In this document: piece after piece, positions 51,548 through 64,000 of the stretch
Layout of the letters: every line of letters begins with the position of its first letter
Position numbering within the stretch: position 1 is the stretch's first letter
From: Eledone cirrhosa
Lineage: Eukaryota
Reading direction: 5' to 3'
Assembly: GCA_964016885.1 (NCBI GenBank)
Contig: OZ024740.1
Span: 102,920,001 to 102,984,000 of the forward strand
Length of the DNA stretch: 64,000 nucleotides
Notes under the pieces: model-generated
What the model saw: only the letters and a program-made list of their open reading frames with translations
Told to the model about the DNA's origin: nothing
The model's database searches: none
Translations under genes and position numbers: made by a program

Positions 51548-51798
51548 ATATATCTATCTACTAAAACTCTCATATGTCTGTTTGTGACTTTCTTAAATGT
51601 AGCCTAAACAGTCAATTGTTGCATAAAAGTGTTTTGATTTATGTAAATCTTAGACATACCTTTTTGCCCAATATAACTTCCAACATATTTCATGGACTGG
51701 AACTCTCAAAACAAAAGGATTTTTTTTTTCTTATATAAAACAATAATGGAAAAAGTCATTTGCAGCCATTGGTGGGAAAAGAAGGCTCTCCCAAAGAA

Positions 51799-52612
51799 AC
51801 ACACACGAGCACAAGTACTTGACAGACACATATTAAACACACACACACACACACAAGTACTTGACAGACACATATTAAACACACACACACACACACAAGT
51901 ACTTGACAGACACATATTAAACACACAAACACAAGTACTTGACAGACACATATTAAACACACACACACACACAAGTACTTGACAGACACATATTAAACAC
52001 ACACACACACACACACAAGTACTTGACAGACACATATTAAACACACACACACACACAAGTACTTGACAGACACATATTAAACACACACACGAGCACAAGT
52101 ACTTGATAGACACATATTAAACACACACACGAGCACAAGTACTTGATAGACACATATTAAACACACACACACACACACACAAGTACTTGACAGACACATA
52201 TTAAACACACACACGAGCACAAGTACTTGATAGACACATATTAAACACACACACACACACACACACAAGTACTTGACAGACACATTAAACACACACACGA
52301 GCACAAGTACTTGACAGACACATATTAAACACAAGCACACACAAGTACTTGACAGACACATATTAAACACACACACACACAAGTACTTGACAGCCACATA
52401 TTAAACACACACACACACAAGTACTTGACAGACACATATTAAACACACACACACACACACAAGTACTTGACAGACACATATTAAACACACACACACAAGT
52501 ACTTGACAGACACATATTAAACACACACACACACACACATACACACAAGTACTTGACAGACACATATTAAACACACACACACACACATACAAGTACTTGA
52601 CAGACACATATT

Positions 52613-52648
<36 letters not shown>

Positions 52649-52668
52649 GTGCTTGTCAGACACATATT

Positions 52669-52704
<36 letters not shown>

Positions 52705-54878
52705 GTACTTGACAGACACATATTAAACACACACACACACACACAAGTACTTGACAGACACATATTAAACACACACACACACACACAAGTACTTGACAGA
52801 CACATATTAAACACACACACACACACAGGTACTTGACAGACACATATTAAACACACACACACACACACAAGTACTTGACAGACACATATTAAACACACAC
52901 ACACACACACAAGTACTTGACAGACACATATTAAACACACACACACACACACACAAGTAGTTGACAGACACATATTAAACACACACACACACAAGTACTT
53001 GACAGACATATTAAACACACACACACACACAAGTACTTGACAGACACATATTAAACACACACACACACACACACACAAGTACTAGACAGACACATATTAA
53101 ACACACACACACACACACAAGTACTTGACAGACACATATTAAACACACACACACACACAAGTACTTGACAGACACATATTAAACACACACACATACACAA
53201 GTACTTGACAGACACATATTAAACACACACACACACACACAAGTACTTGACAGACACATATTAAACACACAAACACAAGTACTTGACAGACACATATTAA
53301 ACACACACACACACACACAAGTACTTGACAGACACATATTAAACACACACACACACACACAAGTACTTGACACACATATTAAACACACACACACACACAC
53401 ACACAAGTACTTGACAGACACATATTGAACACACACACACACACACACAAGTTCTTGACAGATACATATTAAACACACACACACACACACAAGTACTTGA
53501 CAAACACATATTAAACACACACACACACACGAGCACAAGTACTTGACAGACACATATTAAACACACACACACACACACGAGCACAAGTACTTGACAGACA
53601 CATATTAAACACACACACACACGCACAAGTACTTGACAGACACATATTAAACACACACACACACAGACACAAGTACTTGACAGACACATATTAAACACAC
53701 ACACAAGTACTTGACAGACACATATTAAACACACACACACACACACAAGTACTTGACAGACACATATTAAACACACACACACAAGTACTTGACAGACACA
53801 TATTAAACACACAAACACAAGTACTTGACAGACACATATTAAACACACACACACACACAAGTACTTGACAGACACATATTAAACACACACACACACACAC
53901 AAGTACTTGACAGACACATATTAAACACACACACACACACAAGTACTTGACAGACACATATTAAACACACACACACAAGTACTTGACAGACACATATTAA
54001 ACACACACACACACACACACGAGCACAAGTACTTGATAGACACATATTAAACACACACACACACAAGTACTTGACAGACACATATTAAACACACACACGC
54101 ACACACAAGTACTTGACAGACACATTAAACACACACACACACACACAAGTACTTGACTGACACATATTAAACACACACACACAAGTACTTGACAGACACA
54201 TATTAAACACACACACACACACACAGGTACTTGACAGACACATATTAAACACACACACACAAGTACTTGACAGACACATATTAAACACACACACACACAA
54301 GTACGTGACAGACACATATTAAACACACACACACACACACACAAGTACTTGACAGACACATATTAAAAAAACACACACACACACACACAGACACAAGTAC
54401 TTGACAGACACATATTAAACACACACACACACACACACACAAACACAAGTACTTGACAGACACATATTAAAGACACACACGAGCACAAGTACTTGATAGA
54501 CACATATTAAACACACACACACACACACACACAAGTACTTGACAGACACATTAAACACACACACGAGCACAAGTACTTGACAGACACATATTAAACACAA
54601 GCACACACAAGTACTTGACAGACACATATTAAACACACACACACACAAGTACTTGACAGCCACATATTAAACACACACACACACAAGTACTTGACAGACA
54701 CATATTAAACACACACACACACACACAAGTACTTGACAGACACATATTAAACACACACACACAAGTACTTGACAGACACATATTAAACACACACACACAC
54801 ACACATACACACAAGTACTTGACAGACACATATTAAACACACACACACACACATACAAGTACTTGACAGACACATATT

Positions 54879-54914
<36 letters not shown>

Positions 54915-54934
54915 GTGCTTGTCAGACACATATT

Positions 54935-54970
<36 letters not shown>

Positions 54971-56688
54971 GTACTTGACAGACACATATTAAACACACAC
55001 ACACACACACAAGTACTTGACAGACACATATTAAACACACACACACACACACAAGTACTTGACAGACACATATTAAACACACACACACACACAGGTACTT
55101 GACAGACACATATTAAACACACACACACACACACAAGTACTTGACAGACACATATTAAACACACACACACACACACAAGTACTTGACAGACACATATTAA
55201 ACACACACACACACACACACACAAGTAGTTGACAGACACATATTAAACACACACACACACAAGTACTTGACAGACATATTAAACACACACACACACACAA
55301 GTACTTGACAGACACATATTAAACACACACACACACACACACACAAGTACTAGACAGACACATATTAAACACACACACACACACACAAGTACTTGACAGA
55401 CACATATTAAACACACACACACACACAAGTACTTGACAGACACATATTAAACACACACACATACACAAGTACTTGACAGACACATATTAAACACACACAC
55501 ACACACACAAGTACTTGACAGACACATATTAAACACACAAACACAAGTACTTGACAGACACATATTAAACACACACACACACACACAAGTACTTGACAGA
55601 CACATATTAAACACACACACACACACACAAGTACTTGACACACATATTAAACACACACACACACACACACACAAGTACTTGACAGACACATATTGAACAC
55701 ACACACACACACACACAAGTTCTTGACAGATACATATTAAACACACACACACACACACAAGTACTTGACAAACACATATTAAACACACACACACACACGA
55801 GCACAAGTACTTGACAGACACATATTAAACACACACACACACACACGAGCACAAGTACTTGACAGACACATATTAAACACACACACACACGCACAAGTAC
55901 TTGACAGACACATATTAAACACACACACACACAGACACAAGTACTTGACAGACACATATTAAACACACACACAAGTACTTGACAGACACATATTAAACAC
56001 ACACACACACACACACAAGTACTTGACAGACACATATTAAACACACACACACAAGTACTTGACAGACACATATTAAACACACAAACACAAGTACTTGACA
56101 GACACATATTAAACACACACACACACACAAGTACTTGACAGACACATATTAAACACACACACACACACACAAGTACTTGACAGACACATATTAAACACAC
56201 ACACACACACAAGTACTTGACAGACACATATTAAACACACACACACAAGTACTTGACAGACACATATTAAACACACACACACACACACACGAGCACAAGT
56301 ACTTGATAGACACATATTAAACACACACACACACAAGTACTTGACAGACACATATTAAACACACACACGCACACACAAGTACTTGACAGACACATTAAAC
56401 ACACACACACACACACAAGTACTTGACTGACACATATTAAACACACACACACAAGTACTTGACAGACACATATTAAACACACACACACACACACAGGTAC
56501 TTGACAGACACATATTAAACACACACACACAAGTACTTGACAGACACATATTAAACACACACACACACAAGTACGTGACAGACACATATTAAACACACAC
56601 ACACACACACACAAGTACTTGACAGACACATATTAAAAAAACACACACACACACACACAGACACAAGTACTTGACAGACACATATTAA

Positions 56689-56719
<31 letters not shown>

Positions 56720-56743
56720 AGTACTTGACAGACACATATTAAA

Positions 56744-56800
<57 letters not shown>

Positions 56801-59800
56801 GTACTTGACAGACACATATTAAACACACACACACACACAAGTACTTGACAGACACATATTAAACACACACACACACACAAGTACTTGACAGACACATATT
56901 AAACACACACACACACACAAGTACTTGACAGACACATGTTAAACACACACACACACACACACACAAGTACTTGACAGACACATATTAAACACACACACAC
57001 ACACACACAAGTAGTTGACAGACACATATTAAACACACACACACAAATACTTGACAGACACATATTAAACACACACACACACACACAAGTACTTGACAGA
57101 CACATATTAAACACACACACACACACAAGTACTTGACAGACACATATTAAACACACACACATACACAAGTACTTGACAGACACATATTAAACACACACAC
57201 ACACACACAAGTACTTGACAGACACATATTAAACACACACACACACACGAGCACAAGTACTTGACAGACACATATTAAACACACACACACACACACACAC
57301 ACACAAGTACTTGACAGACACATATTAAACACACACACACACACACAAGTACTTGACAGACACATATTAAACACACACAGACACACGAGCACAAGTACTT
57401 GACAGACACATATTAAACACACACACACACACGAGCACAAGTACTTGACAGACACATAATAAACACACATACACACAAGTACTTGACAGACACATATTAA
57501 ACACACACACACACAGACACAAGTACTTGACAGACACATATTAAACACACACACACACACACACACAAGTACTTGACAGACACATATTAAACACACACAC
57601 ACACGAGCACAAGTACTTGACCGACACATATTAAACACACACACACACACACAAGTACTTGACAGACACATATTAAACACACACACACACACACAAGTAC
57701 TTGACAGACACATATTAAACACACACACATACACACAAGTACTTGACAGACACATATTAAACACACACACACAAGTAGTTGACAGACACATATTAAACAC
57801 ACACACACACACGAGCACAAGTACTTGACAGACACATATTAAACACACACACACACACACAAGTACTTGACAGACACATATTAAACACACACACACACAA
57901 GTACTTGACAGACACATATTAAACACACACACACACACGAGCACAAGTACTTGACAGACACATATTAAACACACACACACACACACAAGTACTTGACAGA
58001 CACATATTAAACACACACACACACACGAGCACAAGTACTTGACAGACACATATTAAACACACACACACACACACAAGTACTTGACAGACACATATTAAAC
58101 ACACACACACAAGTACTTGACAGACACATATTAAACACACACACACACAAGTACTTGACAGACACATATTAAACACACACACAAGTACTTGACAGACACA
58201 TATTAAACACACACACACACACACACAAGTACTTGACAGACACATATTAAACACACACACACAAGTACTTGACAGACACATATTAAACACACACACACAC
58301 ACACACAAGTAGTTGACAGACACATATTAAACACACAAACACACAAGTACTTGACAGACATATTAAACACACACGCACACACACAAGTACTTGACAGACA
58401 CATATTAAACACACACACACACAAGTACTTGACAGACACATATTAAACACACACACACACACACAAGTACTTGACAGACACATATTAAACACACACACAC
58501 GAGCACAAGTACTTGACAGACACATATTAAACACACACACACACACAAGTACTTGACAGACACATATTAAACACACACACACACACAAGTACTTGACAGA
58601 CACATATTAAACACACACACACACACACACAAGTACTTGACAGACACATATTAAACACACACACACACACGCAAGTACTTGACAGACACATATTAAACAC
58701 ACACACACGAGCACAAGTACTTGACAGACACATATTAAACACACACACACACACACACACCCACACACACACACACACAAGTACTTGACAGACACATATT
58801 AAACACACACACACACAAGTACTTGACAGACACATGTTAAACACACACACACGAGCACAAGTACTTGACAGACACATATTAAACACACACACACACAAGT
58901 ACTTGACAGACACATATTAAACACACACACACACACAAGTACTTGACAGACACATATTAAACACACACACGAGCACAAGTACTTGACAGACACATATTAA
59001 ACACACACAAGTACTTGACAGACACATATTAAACACACACACACACACAAGTACTTGACAGACACATATTAAACACACACACGAGCACAAGTACTTGACA
59101 GACACATATTAAACACACACACACACACACAAGTACTTGACAGACACATATTAAACACACACACACACACAAGTACTTGACAGACACATATTAAACACAC
59201 ACACACACACAAGTACTTGACAGACACATATTAAACACACACGAGCACAAGTACCTGACAGACACATATTAAACACACACGAGCACAAGTACCTGACAGA
59301 CACATATTAAACACACACACACACACACACAAGTACTTGACAGACACATATTAAACACACACACACACACACACACACACAAGTACTTGACAGACACATA
59401 TTAAACACACCAACACGAGCACAAGTACTTGACAGACACATATTAAACACACACACAAGTACTTGACAGACACATATTAAACACACACACACACACAAGT
59501 ACTTGACAGACACATATTAAACACACACACACACACACAAGTACTTGACAGACACATATTAAACACACACACACGAGCACAAGCACTTGACAGACACATA
59601 TTAAACACACACACACACACACACACAAGTACTTGACAGACACATATTAAACACACACACACACACACAAGTACTTGACAGACACATATTAAACACACAC
59701 ACACAAACACAAGTACTTGACAGACACATATCAATCACACACACACACACAAGTACTTGACAGACACATATTAAACACACACACACGAGCAAAGCACTTG

Positions 59801-59997
59801 ACAGACACATATTAAACACACACACACACACACACACAAGTACTTGACAGACACATATTAAACACACACACACACAAGTACTTGACAGACACATATTAAA
59901 CACACACACACACACACACACACACAAGTACTTGACAGACACATATTAAACACACACACACACACACACACACACAAGTACTTGACAGACACATATT

Positions 59998-60031
<34 letters not shown>

Positions 60032-60807
60032 GTACTTGACAGACACATATTAAACACACACACACACACACAAGTACTTGACAGACACATATTAAACACA
60101 CACACACACACACAAGTACTTGACAGAAACATATTAAACACACACACACACAAGTACTTGACAGACACATATTAAACACACACACACACACACACAAGTA
60201 CTTGACAGACACATATTAAACACACACACACACACAAGTACTTGACAGACACATATTAAACACACACACACACAAGCACTTGACAGACACATATTAAACA
60301 CACACACACACACACACACACAAGTACTTGACAGACACATATTAAACACACACACACACAAGTACTTGACAGACACATATTAAACAGACACACACACACA
60401 CAAGTACTTGACAGACACATATTAAACACACACACACACAAGTACTTGACAGACACATATTAAACACACACACACGAGCACAAGCACTTGACAGACACAT
60501 ATTAAACACACACACACACACACACACAAGTACTTGACAGACACATATTAAACACACACACACACACACACAAGTACTTGACAGACACATATTAAACACA
60601 CACACACAAACACAAGTACTTGACAGACACATATTAAACACACACACACACACACAAGTACTTGACAGACACATATTAAACACACACACACGAGCACAAG
60701 CACTTGACAGACACATATTAAACACACACACACACACACACACAAGTACTTGACAGACACATATTAAACACACACACACACACACAAGTACTTGACAGAC
60801 ACATATT

Positions 60808-60845
<38 letters not shown>

Positions 60846-62976
60846 GTACTTGACAGACACATATTAAACACACACACACACAAGTACTTGACAGACACAT
60901 ATTAAACACACACACACACACACAAGTACTTGACAGACACATATTAAACACACACACACACACAAGTACTTGACAGACACATATTAAACACACACACACA
61001 CGAGCACAAGTACTTGACAGACACATATTAAACACACACACACACACACAAGTACTTGACAGACACATATTAAACACACACACACACAAGTACTTGACAG
61101 ACACATATTAAACACACACACACACACGAGCACAAGTACTTGACAGACACATATTAAACACACACACACACACACAAGTACTTGACAGACACATATTAAA
61201 CACACACACACACACGAGCACAAGTACTTGACAGACACATATTAAACACACACACACACACACAAGTACTTGACAGACACATATTAAACACACACACACA
61301 AGTACTTGACAGACACATATTAAACACACACACACACAAGTACTTGACAGACACATATTAAACACACACACAAGTACTTGACAGACACATATTAAACACA
61401 CACACACACACACACAAGTACTTGACAGACACATATTAAACACACACACACAAGTACTTGACAGACACATATTAAACACACACACACACACACACAAGTA
61501 GTTGACAGACACATATTAAACACACAAACACACAAGTACTTGACAGACATATTAAACACACACACACACACACAAGTACTTGACAGACACATATTAAACA
61601 CACACACACACAAGTACTTGACAGACACATATTAAACACACACACACGAGCACAAGTACTTGACAGACACATATTAAACACACACACACACACAAGTACT
61701 TGACAGACACATATTAAACACACACACACACACAAGTACTTGACAGACACATATTAAACACACACACACACACACACAAGTACTTGACAGACACATATTA
61801 AACACACACACACACACGCAAGTACTTGACAGACACATATTAAACACACACACACGAGCACAAGTACTTGACAGACACATATTAAACACACACACACACA
61901 CACACACCCACACACACACACACACAAGTACTTGACAGACACATATTAAACACACACACACACACAAGTACTTGACAGACACATATTAAACACACACACG
62001 AGCACAAGTACTTGACAGACACATATTAAACACACACAAGTACTTGACAGACACATATTAAACACACACACACACACAAGTACTTGACAGACACATATTA
62101 AACACACACACGAGCACAAGTACTTGACAGACACATATTAAACACACACACACACACACAAGTACTTGACAGACACATATTAAACACACACACACACACA
62201 AGTACTTGACAGACACATATTAAACACACACACACACACAAGTACTTGACAGACACATATTAAACACACACGAGCACAAGTACCTGACAGACACATATTA
62301 AACACACACGAGCACAAGTACCTGACAGACACATATTAAACACACACACACACACACACAAGTACTTGACAGACACATATTAAACACACACACACACACA
62401 CACACACACAAGTACTTGACAGACACATATTAAACACACCAACACGAGCACAAGTACTTGACAGACACATATTAAACACACACACAAGTACTTGACAGAC
62501 ACATATTAAACACACACACACACACAAGTACTTGACAGACACATATTAAACACACACACACACACACAAGTACTTGACAGACACATATTAAACACACACA
62601 CACGAGCACAAGCACTTGACAGACACATATTAAACACACACACACACACACACACAAGTACTTGACAGACACATATTAAACACACACACACACACACAAG
62701 TACTTGACAGACACATATTAAACACACACACACAAACACAAGTACTTGACAGACACATATCAATCACACACACACACACAAGTACTTGACAGACACATAT
62801 TAAACACACACACACGAGCAAAGCACTTGACAGACACATATTAAACACACACACACACACACACACAAGTACTTGACAGACACATATTAAACACACACAC
62901 ACACAAGTACTTGACAGACACATATTAAACACACACACACACACACACACACACAAGTACTTGACAGACACATATT

Positions 62977-63014
<38 letters not shown>

Positions 63015-63118
63015 GTACTTGACAGACACATATTAAACACACACACACACACACAAGTACTTGACAGACACATATTAAACACACACACACACACACAAGT
63101 ACTTGACAGACACATATT

Positions 63119-63154
<36 letters not shown>

Positions 63155-63174
63155 GTGCTTGTCAGACACATATT

Positions 63175-63210
<36 letters not shown>

Positions 63211-64000
63211 GTACTTGACAGACACATATTAAACACACACACACACACACAAGTACTTGACAGACACATATTAAACACACACACACACACACAAGTACTT
63301 GACAGACACATATTAAACACACACACACACACAGGTACTTGACAGACACATATTAAACACACACACACACACACAAGTACTTGACAGACACATATTAAAC
63401 ACACACACACACACACAAGTACTTGACAGACACATATTAAACACACACACACACACACACAAGTAGTTGACAGACACATATTAAACACACACACACACAA
63501 GTACTTGACAGACATATTAAACACACACACACACACAAGTACTTGACAGACACATATTAAACACACACACACACACACACACAAGTACTAGACAGACACA
63601 TATTAAACACACACACACACACACAAGTACTTGACAGACACATATTAAACACACACACACACAAGTACTTGACAGACACATATTAAACACACACACATAC
63701 ACAAGTACTTGACAGACACATATTAAACACACACACACACACACAAGTACTTGACAGACACATATTAAACACACAAACACAAGTACTTGACAGACACATA
63801 TTAAACACACACACACACACACAAGTACTTGACAGACACATATTAAACACACACACACACACACAAGTACTTGACACACATATTAAACACACACACACAC
63901 ACACACACAAGTACTTGACAGACACATATTGAACACACACACACACACACACAAGTTCTTGACAGATACATATTAAACACACACACACACACACAAGTAC
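51799..64000. repeat. Tandem satellite: constant CAAGTACTTGACAGACACATATTAAA plus variable (CA)n, roughly 300 units, running off the window end
   Basis: Seen directly. Units are mostly 36-50 bp and vary in 2-bp steps. Higher-order blocks are present. Confidence 0.98.

Noticed and set aside
51692-63994. Numerous Cys/Val-rich ORFs (MSVKYLCVCV...) and all YIYI/HTHT ORFs elsewhere
   Set aside because: Translations of satellite and dinucleotide repeats.
51799-64000. CRISPR-like repeat-spacer appearance
   Set aside because: The spacers are only (CA)n, not unique sequence. The context is eukaryotic, with no cas genes or leader.

Overview
This is eukaryotic, AT-rich, extremely microsatellite-rich DNA. 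The SINE families and (TA)n/(CA)n load strongly resemble an octopus or other coleoid cephalopod genome (inference). The only convincing host coding sequence is a minus-strand SH3-domain exon (36949-37152), so most of the left half is probably intron. The rest is a dense mosaic of transposable elements: (1) four pieces of Tx1/L1-clade LINEs, one with an intact 1145-aa ORF2, all ending in or next to TATC-type repeats; (2) decayed RTE, R4/Dong-like, CRE-like and Penelope-like fragments; (3) tRNA-type SINEs; (4) hAT and mariner MITEs; (5) two Helitron-like elements; (6) a 12-kb satellite with higher-order structure at the right end. Two patterns stand out. The first is about a dozen minimal type-I hammerhead-ribozyme-like motifs, some sitting symmetrically in both arms of long near-perfect palindromes (27.0-28.9 kb and 32.3-33.2 kb). 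The second is a Tx1 family that appears to target (TATC)n/(GATA)n, with a 13-bp target-site duplication and a conserved splice-donor-like motif over the ORF1 stop. Coordinates were read by eye, and the ends of degenerate elements are approximate.
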